This document shows positions 1-10,131 of a stretch of DNA of 58,921 nt, piece after piece. This DNA is from a virus (Duplodnaviria > Caudoviricetes): positions 1 to 58,921 of the IMG/VR virus record IMGVR_UViG_3300018080_000203. One strand, 5' to 3'. Position numbers and translations under genes: made by a program. The notes under the pieces were generated by a model. That model ran no database searches. It was given only the letters and a program-made list of their open reading frames with translations, and had not been told where the DNA came from. Within the stretch, counting starts at the first letter, position 1. Every line of letters begins with the position of its first letter.

Positions 1-37
1 ATCTCAACTAACACCTCAACCAAAAAATCTCAAAAAA

Positions 38-78
38 GTCTGTCAATGTCTTGACAGACGCTTATTATATTATACAAT
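38..78 (+). promoter_or_regulatory. sigma70-type promoter TTGACA-N16-TACAAT, overlapped by inverted repeat GTCTGTCAA-N4-TTGACAGAC
   Basis: TTGACA 51-56, TACAAT 73-78; IR 38-46/51-59; upstream of GGAG SD and ATG at 99. Confidence 0.7.
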
Positions 79-98
79 ATAAACAGGAGATGGAGATC

Positions 99-296
99 AT
101 GGAAAACAAGGCCAATACAATCAACAAATTGCTTCAAAGGACCACACCTAACTCGGGCTGTAGCCCCGAGGAAGCCCACACCGCTGCAAAGATAGCTTTG
201 CAGCTTGCCAAAAAGCACAAACTCGGTTTTTTTCTGATAGCTCGTTGCAGGAATTCTTTGTATAAAACCAACTGTCGGCGGCAACGAGCCGCCTAA
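99..296 (+). CDS. small DUF2786-like protein
   Basis: INKLL...EEAHTAAKIALQLAKKH resembles the DUF2786 pattern; promoter and GGAG SD upstream; only convincing plus-strand gene. Confidence 0.55.
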   Translation: MENKANTINKLLQRTTPNSGCSPEEAHTAAKIALQLAKKHKLGFFLIARCRNSLYKTNCRRQRAA

Positions 297-298
297 AA

Positions 299-670
299 CT
301 ATCTCGTCAAACGTCTCACAGCCCACTCGATACGCTCTTTCCTAATAACACCAATGCCGCGCCTAAGATATTCCAGCTCATGCTCATCATCGAAATCCTC
401 GTCTGAAGCCGCCTCAGTGGCTTCTCTGAGAGCCCAATACACATCTATGGATACCTGACCTGCGACGATCTCATACAGTTCAACATCAGCCTCAGCCCTA
501 AGAGTAGCTGAATTACACTCTACCTCAGAAAGCTGATCGCGCAGTTGCTCACCAGTCAAAATAAGCGATACCAAATTGTTGAATTGATCATCAAACCCAT
601 CTGAACGACGGATGCTAATTTCTTCGACTAAATCGGCAAGATCCTGAATGTTCTCAATGGCGTTTGTCAT
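299..670 (-). CDS. hypothetical acidic protein
   Basis: 123-aa ORF, AGGAGG SD, convergent with 99..296. Confidence 0.7.
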   Translation of the reverse strand: MTNAIENIQDLADLVEEISIRRSDGFDDQFNNLVSLILTGEQLRDQLSEVECNSATLRAEADVELYEIVAGQVSIDVYWALREATEAASDEDFDDEHELEYLRRGIGVIRKERIEWAVRRLTR

Positions 671-725
671 GTTTCGTCCCTCCTACTATTAGGACGAAAC
701 GACGAGCCGATTCCTGACAAAAAAA

Positions 726-1097
726 TTAACTAAAATCTGCCAGAGAAGCTTCAATCGTAAGTTCTGCTTTTTTTACAACAGGATGTCGAATAGGCGGAGT
801 CCCTGGGAACTCGACCCACAAATCATAAAAATAGCAACCTGGCGTCAAATCACTGTCTGTCGAAGAAATGGTAATGGTTGCCTCACCATTGGCAGCATCT
901 GTGATTTCAATCCCTTCATCTGGACTCTTGAGCCGAATCAAAACTGATCCACCCACTTCTTCTCTTACTGTAAAATAGAGAGTTGCCCCATTGAGCGATG
1001 CAAAGTGTCCCTCGCAAGTCTTGACCACAACATCGAGAACTTTGGTTTGTCCCCTTACAACCCTAATACTATTCAATAAATTTGCAGGTTGAGGCAT
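726..1097 (-). CDS. virion Ig-like protein (BppU N-terminal-like)
   Basis: RGQT...LNGATLYFTV...GEATITIS...L.PG.YFYDL pattern. Confidence 0.6.
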   Translation of the reverse strand: MPQPANLLNSIRVVRGQTKVLDVVVKTCEGHFASLNGATLYFTVREEVGGSVLIRLKSPDEGIEITDAANGEATITISSTDSDLTPGCYFYDLWVEFPGTPPIRHPVVKKAELTIEASLADFS

Positions 1098-1098
1098 A

Positions 1099-1578
1099 TC
1101 ACTTGCACCGTCCCTCTCCAGGCTTTTCTGTGATCTCTGCGACTCGATCGCATTCGCTCACCTCAGCCGTGCCATCCACCTCGGCCACCTCGGCGGTAAG
1201 GTCTTCGCGTTCCTCAATCTCGGCTTGTGGATCGTCTTCCACTTCAACCTTTCCACTATACGGTTTCTCAGCCTCGATATCACCACCAAGATCATCCTCT
1301 TGAACGGCCGCTCTCCACGCCAAGCTCTCAACAATTCCATCCATATCAAGAGGACTATCAACAACACCTCTCCACTCACAGGCTTCGAGCTGAGCAATAA
1401 GGTCTCCATGCTCTGAAACAACAGCAATCAGCTCGTCAGCTCGAATCACTCCATCAGAAGGAAAACGCGGGACAATCTCAGGCCCAACAATGTAGCCGAG
1501 AGTTGCCATCCCGATTTGGCTGTCAAGAAGTCCAAGCGTTGCGAGATGCTTAGGAATAGGTGGCAGGAGATTATCCAC
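1099..1578 (-). CDS. hypothetical acidic protein
   Basis: tightly packed in the operon (1-bp gaps). Confidence 0.6.
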   Translation of the reverse strand: MDNLLPPIPKHLATLGLLDSQIGMATLGYIVGPEIVPRFPSDGVIRADELIAVVSEHGDLIAQLEACEWRGVVDSPLDMDGIVESLAWRAAVQEDDLGGDIEAEKPYSGKVEVEDDPQAEIEEREDLTAEVAEVDGTAEVSECDRVAEITEKPGEGRCK

Positions 1579-1579
1579 T

Positions 1580-2443
1580 TCAGACGTCCTCCCGCGTTAC
1601 GATAAGCTTGTCACCAACCTCAGTATGAACCAAGCGCCACCCATTAGCTTCTTGCGCAGTTTTAGTGATACACAAAGGATTCTCAGGATCGAGACCAAGA
1701 CGTTGCCAAATTTCGATCAACTTCTCAAGATTCGACGACGACCCCTCACAAAGCACTTTCCCCAAGAGCCCGAGCACAATAACATCATCGCCAGCCGCTG
1801 GAGTAAACGGAAGATCGTCGTCAAAATAGAAGGTCCCATCTGTCTGGACATATGACGCAATGCGCCTAGATACATTGCCGCTGGCATTACGTACAACTGC
1901 TGTTAATCCATCGTAAAAACCATCTGCCTGTGTTGCATTCGTCTCAACACCATCTACGCCGCCGCCGCTCGCCGTCAACACAGCCATAATGAGCGCGTCA
2001 TGAATGTTCTGAACGTTGTCATCGATGCCCTGAGTAAGCGTATAGATATTGACAACGGTGTCATCGACACGAGCGAGTCGCCAGCCAGCAGAATCAGCAG
2101 GATAAGCACCAGCCAAAATCTCAGACCATACCGCTGTTACGAGTGAATCAATCCAATCAGTTGGAGGAGGCCCAACTTCCACCTGATCTGCGAAAATATC
2201 ATCCACTGGTGTAGTTACCTCTGCGTACCAAAGCCCATTAGCATTAGGAGTGAACGATATGACATAACGACCAGTTGATCCAACTTCGGTCACAGTTGCT
2301 GTCTGAGCTGATACCGAATCATCCACGATAAGAAGCTTAGAAAAATCGCCATCAACAAGACCAGTAAGCGGCGTTATCCCATCGATATCAAAAGCAGGAA
2401 ACTGAATCTGCACCAACTCGCCAACGCTCGCCGTCAAGGTCAT
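1580..2443 (-). CDS. putative virion structural protein
   Basis: 287 aa, beta-rich, G.Y..SFTP motif, structural gene context. Confidence 0.55.
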   Translation of the reverse strand: MTLTASVGELVQIQFPAFDIDGITPLTGLVDGDFSKLLIVDDSVSAQTATVTEVGSTGRYVISFTPNANGLWYAEVTTPVDDIFADQVEVGPPPTDWIDSLVTAVWSEILAGAYPADSAGWRLARVDDTVVNIYTLTQGIDDNVQNIHDALIMAVLTASGGGVDGVETNATQADGFYDGLTAVVRNASGNVSRRIASYVQTDGTFYFDDDLPFTPAAGDDVIVLGLLGKVLCEGSSSNLEKLIEIWQRLGLDPENPLCITKTAQEANGWRLVHTEVGDKLIVTREDV

Positions 2444-2766
2444 GATTCAAGTTTATCATCTTCTATGAGTTTTGGCAGTGGAGTAGAGGACTTAAGAGGT
2501 ACATCAGCGCATACTTCTTCAATAGCGGACAACCTCGATGTATATGTTTTTTGAAAAGTATAAATGGTATTCAAGTCTTTTATGACTTGTTCAGTTCTTT
2601 CCATGTATTCTCTCATGATCGCCTCAAGCTTGCTGAGCCGTTGCTTGATACAATCAAGATCCGCTCTAATAGTACATAATTCCTCTAGAATTATTGGCTG
2701 GACATCAAGCTCTACTCCAGTTTCTTCATCATTATCAACTTCTAAATCTTTGCTCATCTCTGACAT
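2440..2766 (-). CDS. hypothetical coiled-coil protein
   Basis: heptad pattern, ATGA overlap. Confidence 0.6.
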   Translation of the reverse strand: MSEMSKDLEVDNDEETGVELDVQPIILEELCTIRADLDCIKQRLSKLEAIMREYMERTEQVIKDLNTIYTFQKTYTSRLSAIEEVCADVPLKSSTPLPKLIEDDKLES

Positions 2767-2783
2767 GCCCTGCCGCTCAACGA

Positions 2784-3287
2784 TTAAAGCGCCAAGAAAA
2801 ACTTCGATTCCTTACATATATTAAACAATCCTCCTGGTGTCGCAAACTCTGCATCAATACTCTGTGCTTCTTTGAGATTCGCTCGCTTTAGCACTGTTGC
2901 AACGAATTCAGAGCAAGTAAACTTGCTTATATCTCTTAATGTTAGCTTCCATAACCATTGCCACTTTGTCGCCCTATAAGTAACAAGCAACAAAGCATTC
3001 CAGATAACCTTAAGATCATACTTGCGACCAAGAAGCTCTTTCGATGCCACCATACCAGGTACCAAATCAAAATCTTTTGCCTCAAAAATGCAAACACGAC
3101 TGTATCGCGCACGCACTCGCTCGCATGGTTCTTTGACAACACCCTCATCAGCAGAATGAGCTACCCATTGTCCACCCCAACATGTCGATGGATACTCAAT
3201 CCAAACATGAGACCAATCGCCATCCGTTGCCCACTGTATAAGCTTCGAGCGAAAAGAGTTGTTTGCCCCAAAGCCAATGCAAATCAT
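2784..3287 (-). CDS. permuted papain-like NlpC/P60 amidase (YiiX/YaeF, peptidase C92-like)
   Basis: N-terminal WSHVWI His, G.KYD, C-terminal FTCSEFVA Cys, TP. Confidence 0.8.
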   Translation of the reverse strand: MICIGFGANNSFRSKLIQWATDGDWSHVWIEYPSTCWGGQWVAHSADEGVVKEPCERVRARYSRVCIFEAKDFDLVPGMVASKELLGRKYDLKVIWNALLLVTYRATKWQWLWKLTLRDISKFTCSEFVATVLKRANLKEAQSIDAEFATPGGLFNICKESKFFLAL

Positions 3288-3910
3288 GAGACGAACTCCA
3301 GAAGAGAGACATCAACAAAACGCACCGAACAAGACGTTGCGTCATTAAGCTGTCCCTCAATTGTGTAAGTATGTGTACCGACAACCGGAGCAGTGGTTGA
3401 AAACCATTGCATTTTAGTCCACGCGCCACTTGTGTCTGGGACGTCAAATTGCCCAGAATCTACACCATCTTCACAAATACGAAGTTTCGCGCCAGTGCCT
3501 TGCGATTTATATTCACCAACAACACGTCCCTTACAAGCAGCAACATTAGGTGTAAAGAAGCTCGGCGTAGTCACTGCGCCTCCAAGCACTTCCCAACCTG
3601 GCCCAGACTCTGTAACAGATTTTTCCTCAGTCAATATTTTTGACGAAGCACGATACACCGGCACAAGTGGAGGTGTGCCTGTGTGAGCAGCAACAAGCGA
3701 ATCAAGGGCAGTCTCTTCGCCAGAAGTAAGAGCCGATTCAAAATGAAATGTAATTGTAGCTGTACCTGTCGGATCGCCGTTTTCGTCTATACCTTCCTCA
3801 CTTGTAATACTATTCAAAGTCGTAGTGATGTTCTCATCAGCAGCAACTTCAAGCTTAAGAGAATCCTCATTGAACGCAGTGATCGACTTCTCGTAATCAT
3901 AAGTGCTCAT
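3284..3910 (-). CDS. putative virion structural protein
   Basis: start reassigned to ATG 3910 after GGAGG; L..EE..LDSLVAAH motif seen in phage fibre-associated proteins. Confidence 0.6.
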   Translation of the reverse strand: MSTYDYEKSITAFNEDSLKLEVAADENITTTLNSITSEEGIDENGDPTGTATITFHFESALTSGEETALDSLVAAHTGTPPLVPVYRASSKILTEEKSVTESGPGWEVLGGAVTTPSFFTPNVAACKGRVVGEYKSQGTGAKLRICEDGVDSGQFDVPDTSGAWTKMQWFSTTAPVVGTHTYTIEGQLNDATSCSVRFVDVSLLEFVS

Positions 3911-4593
3911 GCAATCCTCCATACAACAAGTCTAGCTCTGCGAATATAAGCCGTCCCTCCACCTGAAACCTCAAAATCCAAATCAACAGTATGACTACCA
4001 GCACCAATATCATAAACATTCATTCCACCGGCATCCTCCCACCCATTATAAGGCCAAATAGAGTAGCCAATCTCTGTCAAATCATTCACCTGCACACGCA
4101 TCGCAGCGTATTCAGAAAGAGTATTATTTGAATGGCGAATCTCAGCGTACCACTGAATTAGATACGTTCCTTCAGGGATAGACGGAAGAGAAAGCGAAAC
4201 TTTCTCCTGCCAAGTGCTCGTATTGCTCGATTGTCCTTCTGATTTTATATAGTTGATTTCTTTATCAATACCAGCAGCCAACAAAACGCGCTCATCTGTA
4301 ATATTAGTTATTGCGCCACTATCAGCTCTAACCTTCGCAAGTCGTATATGTGTCGTCGTAGGAAAACCCGTGGTATTGATATTCAGAGACCCATCATAAT
4401 CAAGGTAAATATAGTTCCACGAATTGTTTGTTATCCCCTGCCCGACAGCACCGTTATACGTTTGACGCACACCATCTAACTCGTAATTAAAACGAAGGAC
4501 CGCAATACTAAGATCGCCATCCCTAAAAACACGCCCAGGTTGGAGAACAGCCGCTACCCCAACGATAGTGTCCTCTGCCAAAGTCACCGACAT
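3907..4593 (-). CDS. putative tail-fibre/structural protein
   Basis: NYIYLD.DG...LAKV....GAITNITDER motif. Confidence 0.6.
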   Translation of the reverse strand: MSVTLAEDTIVGVAAVLQPGRVFRDGDLSIAVLRFNYELDGVRQTYNGAVGQGITNNSWNYIYLDYDGSLNINTTGFPTTTHIRLAKVRADSGAITNITDERVLLAAGIDKEINYIKSEGQSSNTSTWQEKVSLSLPSIPEGTYLIQWYAEIRHSNNTLSEYAAMRVQVNDLTEIGYSIWPYNGWEDAGGMNVYDIGAGSHTVDLDFEVSGGGTAYIRRARLVVWRIA

Positions 4594-4594
4594 T

Positions 4595-5899
4595 TTATAC
4601 CTCTGCTCCGTATACAGTTACCGTGAGGTACTTTAATTTTACGCTTGTCAAGTCATCATTTACAATCGCAGACACTTTGTCATTTGTGTCGCCATCAAGC
4701 TTTACTAAACCCCCAAAAGAAAACACAGCAGACAAAAGGTCTTTCGGTCCAGTATTGTTTATAATTGGAACTCTTCCAGGAATCCTAAGAAAATCTTCGT
4801 TCTGCTTGATTGTAAAAATCGTTGTATTCGAAGAATCAATCGTCAACTCAAACTCAATTCCACTTGTCAAAGCACTATTAGGACCAAAACTTTGACCGTT
4901 GAACTCAAAATCATCAGCAGTAAAAACAATAAGAACAGATTCCAGAGATACTATTTTGCCAGCACTTGGTTGATATTTGAATTCAACTGGTGTAACAGAA
5001 CCATCAACTCTCAAATTCTCACTAGTACCATTTTTTAAAAATTCTATCGTCAAATTAGCTGGGTCTGACGGAATAGACGTTCCAATATTCACAGTCGAAC
5101 CAGGCGCCAAAAGCGCTTGTGTCTGAAGTCGCTTTACATTGGCATCCTCAATGTCATCAATAACAGAAGCCTTTTTCTCACTACCAGCCCCGGCAGTCTG
5201 GCCAACGACAGTAGTCCTAACTTCTAACCTGTTTATTGTGTTATCGACGACAACATCTGAAACATTTGTACCATCAGTTATTTTGACTCTACCAACGACA
5301 TTGTCGCCAACAGGGAGAGCATCTGTGATTTTCTTTACGCCATCGGTGTCTTTTATTGACGTCAGAGTAGATTCAGTAGCCCGAGTGCTAAGGGCAACGT
5401 CCATGTTCGGCTGATCCTGAATCGCCGCCCTTCCAGAAGCATCTATTTCAAGACCATCACCAGTGCTATCGACAACTTGAGCCTTTTGACTTCCATCAGT
5501 CTGAGCCGCTGACGTTGACCTCGTGGCCAAAGTCGCCTCTGTAGCAGCTCCAGTTGGAAGCGGAAGACTCGAAGCTGATATAGGCTGAGTAGTCGTTCCA
5601 GTTGTGTCAGTTCTAACTGGGTTCGTCGCATCACCAAGATCAACAGTGTTTCCAGGATTCCTGATCTGAATCTTACCCAAAAGATTAGATCCAGCGGGCA
5701 ATGCATCCGTGATCTTCTTTATTCCATCCGTGTCTTTGATGGAATCTAAAGTCTCCTTTGTGGCTGGATTTATTTGCGATCCACTAGCATCGAGCACCTT
5801 GTTTATGCCAGAAATACGATAAATGCCGCCATCACTGATAATAGAAACAGGATTACCACTCGCGTCATAAATAATTGCTGCTGGCGACAAAATACCCAT
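4595..5899 (-). CDS. putative tail-fibre-like protein with internal repeats
   Basis: repeated TL.SIKDTDG.KKITDALP.G.N..G; PLPTGAATEATL. Confidence 0.6.
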   Translation of the reverse strand: MGILSPAAIIYDASGNPVSIISDGGIYRISGINKVLDASGSQINPATKETLDSIKDTDGIKKITDALPAGSNLLGKIQIRNPGNTVDLGDATNPVRTDTTGTTTQPISASSLPLPTGAATEATLATRSTSAAQTDGSQKAQVVDSTGDGLEIDASGRAAIQDQPNMDVALSTRATESTLTSIKDTDGVKKITDALPVGDNVVGRVKITDGTNVSDVVVDNTINRLEVRTTVVGQTAGAGSEKKASVIDDIEDANVKRLQTQALLAPGSTVNIGTSIPSDPANLTIEFLKNGTSENLRVDGSVTPVEFKYQPSAGKIVSLESVLIVFTADDFEFNGQSFGPNSALTSGIEFELTIDSSNTTIFTIKQNEDFLRIPGRVPIINNTGPKDLLSAVFSFGGLVKLDGDTNDKVSAIVNDDLTSVKLKYLTVTVYGAEV

Positions 5900-5946
5900 T
5901 ATGGCCCCGCTTCTATTGCTCTGATTCTCGTGTCCTCGAATACACT
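5899..5946 (-). pseudogene. stranded former 3' end of gene 6425..6997
   Basis: reads SVFEDTRIRAIEAGP* (TAA overlaps ATG of 4595..5899); aligns with current C-terminus GIVETNRTRTITVS*. Confidence 0.65.
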
Positions 5947-6424
5947 ACAAATGAGCCCACGTCTTTCTTCTATGAATAGCTCCAATAGTCGCATGTGTAA
6001 CTCCAAACATAACTCCTAATTTTCTATGACTTACACCATCAACCAACAACTTTCGAATCTCAACAATATCAGATTCAGAGAGTTTAGCCTTATGATGCGA
6101 CTCACCTCTTGGAGTGGTTTCTGGAGACGTAAATCGACCATTCCGTTTACCACATGCACCTCTACCTTTTTTATCTCTATCCCTGGCGTTGTCTAATGCT
6201 GTACCTAAAAATAAATGCTCAGGATTTACACACTTAGGATTATCGCATTTATGCAAAACATATAAACCGCATGGAATAGGCCCATGCGTAAGTTCCCACG
6301 ACAACCTATGACTTTTCACCATCATTTTTTCTACACTAATATGGCCATAACCATATGAGTCACATGATGCCTTCCACAACCAACACTCATTAGATTTATC
6401 TACCTTTTCCCAAAATCGTTCCAC
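5945..6424 (-). CDS. free-standing HNH homing endonuclease
   Basis: RFWEKV..CWLW; HRLSW...HGPIP; VLHKCDNPKCVNPEHL; C-terminal HTH; AT-rich. Confidence 0.9.
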   Translation of the reverse strand: MERFWEKVDKSNECWLWKASCDSYGYGHISVEKMMVKSHRLSWELTHGPIPCGLYVLHKCDNPKCVNPEHLFLGTALDNARDRDKKGRGACGKRNGRFTSPETTPRGESHHKAKLSESDIVEIRKLLVDGVSHRKLGVMFGVTHATIGAIHRRKTWAHL

Positions 6425-6997
6425 TTATGACACCGTAATCGTTCTTGTTCTGTTTGTCTCAACTATACCAGAATATGAAATAGAATCCGTTACCGTAGCC
6501 AAAACTGTGCTACCATCAGATGAATAAATTTTCCACTGATCTGTAGTAGGATTCGCACCAGTCCATGTAATCAATCTTTTAACTATTATTTTACTTTTTG
6601 AAGAGCTTTCATACCACGTCATTGAAGTCGGGAATGGATTACCAGACGGCAGTATCTCTTTGTAAGCCCCAGTAGCAAACCCCTCAGCAGGACCTTCATT
6701 AATAAAATGAATAAGTTGACGAAGCGTTTTGTGAGCATCCTCAGTAAGTCCACCACTCCCAGCAACCAATGTAGAAAGATCAACAGGAGTTGTGTTCTCG
6801 GCATCCTTGAATGTCATACGATCAGATGAGTCCCGAGTGAGATGAACCACCTCATCACTAGATGAATCACTTTGAATAACAAGACCACGCATATTGGCAT
6901 GATCCTGGTTTGGATTCATCGCAGTCGGGAACTCATCTAGCTGTGTACCACCAGTAGCAGGAGATTCCAGCTTTAAAGGTTTGACTTTGTCAACCAC
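6425..6997 (-). CDS. putative virion structural protein
   Basis: 190 aa; H..LRQLIHFI.EGP motif; structural context. Confidence 0.65.
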   Translation of the reverse strand: MVDKVKPLKLESPATGGTQLDEFPTAMNPNQDHANMRGLVIQSDSSSDEVVHLTRDSSDRMTFKDAENTTPVDLSTLVAGSGGLTEDAHKTLRQLIHFINEGPAEGFATGAYKEILPSGNPFPTSMTWYESSSKSKIIVKRLITWTGANPTTDQWKIYSSDGSTVLATVTDSISYSGIVETNRTRTITVS

Positions 6998-7004
6998 GTG
7001 AGAA

Positions 7005-8426
7005 TTACGCCCTTATACCGATGAACTGGATCAAGACATCAAGATCAGTTGAGTTACGAGCATGACCTATAAAAATAACCGCATCACCACTGCCTGTTGG
7101 AGGAGTATTAGCTGCACTAAGACCACCACCTGCTGCAAGATAATAACGATCACCAACTGTCGCACCACTCAAAACACCATCGCAATCGCCACGCTTGATC
7201 ATGGTTCCTGTAGCCGATGCCGCAGTGGTGTCTTCCATGACACCAACGACTTTACGACGCCCAGCACTATCAGCCATAGACTCACGAACTTCATCGTTAG
7301 CGCCACCCCAGTGTACAGGATCACCAGCAGTTACAGCTTCATTGGCCGTGACTTCCTCTTGAAGATTTATAGCGTTATCAGCTCCAAGAACCTCAAGCTG
7401 GTTTGAACCATTAATTTGAATGGTTGAATCATCAGTATTGACATGGAGACCAGCAGCAAGTCGAAGAAGAGCACCGGCAGGATCGACCAAAACCTGAAGC
7501 TGCCCAGTAGAAAACTCAAGACCAGGAGTTGCTGAAAGATCAACATCTGTGGTCCCTGCAAGAGTCGCTGAAATACCATCTCCAGCATTGACGTTGACAC
7601 CATTGGCATCAACTGAAATACCAGCGCCTGGATCGACCTCAACACCACTAGCCGTGACCGTAATACCATTTGCTGGGTCCACAGCAAGTTTGCCGGCATC
7701 AGCACCCGTACCAAATTGGAGACCTGGCTGAATAACTGCGCCAGTTGCAAGGTCAACTTTGATTACATTCGCAGTGATATCAATACCATCACCGCCAGTG
7801 TAAGCCCCTGGCCCGCTAAGCTGTGTCCAGTTGATGGCTGTCGTATCAACTGTAATTGGATCATCAGTAGTAACACCCCACTGAGTATCAGCCTGAGTGT
7901 TACCCTCAGCGACCCAAGTAAACGACCCTGCTTTGACCTCGGTTGTCGTGTCAAAGTCAGTTGCACGAGTCAGAATACATGGCTGAGTAGCTCCATCACC
8001 GAGCTGAGTGACTTCGTAGATACCATTATCAATGGCTGGAGTCGCATTTGGACCGCCATCTTTTACAAGAATACGGTCATTCAATGACGCCGTGATACTA
8101 TCAAAATCGTTGTAACTTGTGCTGTTATCTGGCGCTGTAAGTGTCTTACCAACACCAGATCCATTCGCTGTCCACGTTGAAAGCGCAGCAGTCGTACCAA
8201 GACGACACGTCTCTTTTAGATGAAGACCAGAAGCAATAGCATCGACATATGCTTTTGACGTCGCCGCAGTATCACCAGATGGTGTCGCAGGAAGCCCCGT
8301 AACTTCATTTGTGCTCATTGTGATATCGCCGCTCATGTTCAAAGCGCCAAGATCTAATGAATCAGTATCCGCCATTTCGGTCGGTAGTCCTTCACTACCG
8401 ATAAACAATGGTTGCACATTGGCCAT
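7005..8426 (-). CDS. fibre/head-decoration protein
   Basis: AATSKAYVD, DRILVK...NGIY, LTRATDFD, GDGI repeats, C-terminal DUF2190-like domain. Confidence 0.7.
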   Translation of the reverse strand: MANVQPLFIGSEGLPTEMADTDSLDLGALNMSGDITMSTNEVTGLPATPSGDTAATSKAYVDAIASGLHLKETCRLGTTAALSTWTANGSGVGKTLTAPDNSTSYNDFDSITASLNDRILVKDGGPNATPAIDNGIYEVTQLGDGATQPCILTRATDFDTTTEVKAGSFTWVAEGNTQADTQWGVTTDDPITVDTTAINWTQLSGPGAYTGGDGIDITANVIKVDLATGAVIQPGLQFGTGADAGKLAVDPANGITVTASGVEVDPGAGISVDANGVNVNAGDGISATLAGTTDVDLSATPGLEFSTGQLQVLVDPAGALLRLAAGLHVNTDDSTIQINGSNQLEVLGADNAINLQEEVTANEAVTAGDPVHWGGANDEVRESMADSAGRRKVVGVMEDTTAASATGTMIKRGDCDGVLSGATVGDRYYLAAGGGLSAANTPPTGSGDAVIFIGHARNSTDLDVLIQFIGIRA

Positions 8427-8497
8427 ATCCCTATCTCCTTTTCCCTGTTAGCTCGGTCCCCGCACCGGCCAACATGCTTTCCCTCTCCCCAAACCAA

Positions 8498-8983
8498 TCA
8501 AGGAGGAGGATTGATAAAACTTATCTTTCCAGTTTCATCGTCCAAGACGACATTTTTGTCTGTAAAATCAACACCATATCTAGCCCCCATCTCTTTGACT
8601 AAGTTTATATGTTGATTTTTTTCCCTGTTCTTGGCCGACACCTCAAAAGCCCCCGCAGTGCTCAAACATTTCGATCGTTGAGCTTCCATTGTCAAACGTA
8701 TGTTCTCAGCTTGATGTCTCAAAGCATCAACTTGATGTCTGAGATTTTTGATTCTGAGTACAGAATTTTGCCACCTCAACAAATCAATCTCGTCCAAATA
8801 TCTAGCGCCTTCTTCATCTTCGTACCCAGCAAGCTTTCGCTTTGGTTTTTCATTTTCCTTTGGTTGAGCTCTAGACTCTTCCTTGGCCTCAACCTTGGAA
8901 TCCATTTCTTTGATCTCAGGCTTGATTTTTTCCTGAGACTCTTCTCTTGTCGCCTTCACCTTCTTCACCTTCGACTTCGTCAT
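8498..8983 (-). CDS. hypothetical protein
   Basis: 161-aa ORF, SD upstream. Confidence 0.65.
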   Translation of the reverse strand: MTKSKVKKVKATREESQEKIKPEIKEMDSKVEAKEESRAQPKENEKPKRKLAGYEDEEGARYLDEIDLLRWQNSVLRIKNLRHQVDALRHQAENIRLTMEAQRSKCLSTAGAFEVSAKNREKNQHINLVKEMGARYGVDFTDKNVVLDDETGKISFINPPP

Positions 8984-9400
8984 CTATCCTCTCCTTTTCA
9001 TTGGCAGACATGGATCTACCAATATCTCCTCATCATCTGTAGCCACCCCCATCATTTGGAGGTAAAAAACGCCTCCTATCCCAGGAACACCTACAGACAA
9101 TGTCAACCTGCTATCAGAACCAACCCAATATCTTCTACCGGGTGTAAGTCCAGTATACACCCCTCGCATAGGACCATGAAACTGTACGATACACGTCGTT
9201 GGGTCATCCTTCTTTATTATGATACCAACAGCTTGATCAGTTCCAGTCACAGTTGGAACAAATTTTGTAACCTGAAAACGATTAGCTATTTTCGCAGCAG
9301 TAATGCGAACGCAATCTCCCACTGCATCCGTGGCCAGGCAATTAGCCCGACCAAGGATTCTTTCAGCTCGTGGAACAGAAGCGGCATTGACTTTCTGCAC
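8984..9400 (-). CDS. DUF2190/capsid-cement-like protein
   Basis: VGD.V, A.GII, GLTPG.RYW motif like the C-terminus of 7005..8426. Confidence 0.5.
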   Translation of the reverse strand: MQKVNAASVPRAERILGRANCLATDAVGDCVRITAAKIANRFQVTKFVPTVTGTDQAVGIIIKKDDPTTCIVQFHGPMRGVYTGLTPGRRYWVGSDSRLTLSVGVPGIGGVFYLQMMGVATDDEEILVDPCLPMKRRG

Positions 9401-9409
9401 CGCGACCCA

Positions 9410-10045
9410 CTAGAACCCTTGCACTCCAGCAGCTTCGAGAGAAGTCGCCGTAAGTGAAAAAGATCTCGCCAAAACTGGCGAAACTGTTGCAATCGTCATT
9501 TCCTCAACAAGCTCCGGCTGTAACTCTAATTCTTGAATAGAAACGTCACTTGACGCCGCGTCAAAATCACCACCTGCTTTATACCTTGTTGGGAGACACC
9601 CAGAAAGAAACCACGCACGTGCAGGAATCCTTGTCGTCAAACATGTCGACGCCACTTCATCAGGAAAAGCCCCTGACGTATCAGCTTGAGTCGTAGCAGA
9701 TAATGGTCGATAACCCATAAAATGAACCAACACCAAATTTCGTCTCAAAGGTTGCTTTCCTCTAATAGCATTATTAATCCAAATCCAAAAGTCGCTATCA
9801 TAAAATCTAGCCCCCTTAGAAAGAGTAACGGCAGACACGTCAGCCGTTTTGACTGCACGACGTTTGTATTCCCAGTTTCCTGGCTGTACTTCGCGTAGTT
9901 CAATGTTGACTTCTGGCGCTGTGCACGCCGAAAAACCAAAAGAAGGGTCAAATATTGAAAAAAGCGGATTGCCAGCAAACCCACTAGCGTCAAAACACCA
10001 GAACGGGTAAAGCTGGAGCATGTCTAAATATCGGAGTCGAGGCAT
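9410..10045 (-). CDS. tail tube protein paralog 2 (T4 gp19-like)
   Basis: GFS..T.PE, VTLSKG, FWIW, W.LSGCLPTRY.AGGDFDAASSDVSIQELEL. Confidence 0.85.
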   Translation of the reverse strand: MPRLRYLDMLQLYPFWCFDASGFAGNPLFSIFDPSFGFSACTAPEVNIELREVQPGNWEYKRRAVKTADVSAVTLSKGARFYDSDFWIWINNAIRGKQPLRRNLVLVHFMGYRPLSATTQADTSGAFPDEVASTCLTTRIPARAWFLSGCLPTRYKAGGDFDAASSDVSIQELELQPELVEEMTIATVSPVLARSFSLTATSLEAAGVQGF

Positions 10046-10131
10046 CTAAGACCCTCCTGAGCCCATGATGCCTCAAACCGGCGCCACAGGCCAGGTTATG
10101 GCGAGATGGGCCGCACAATAATCCCCAACTT

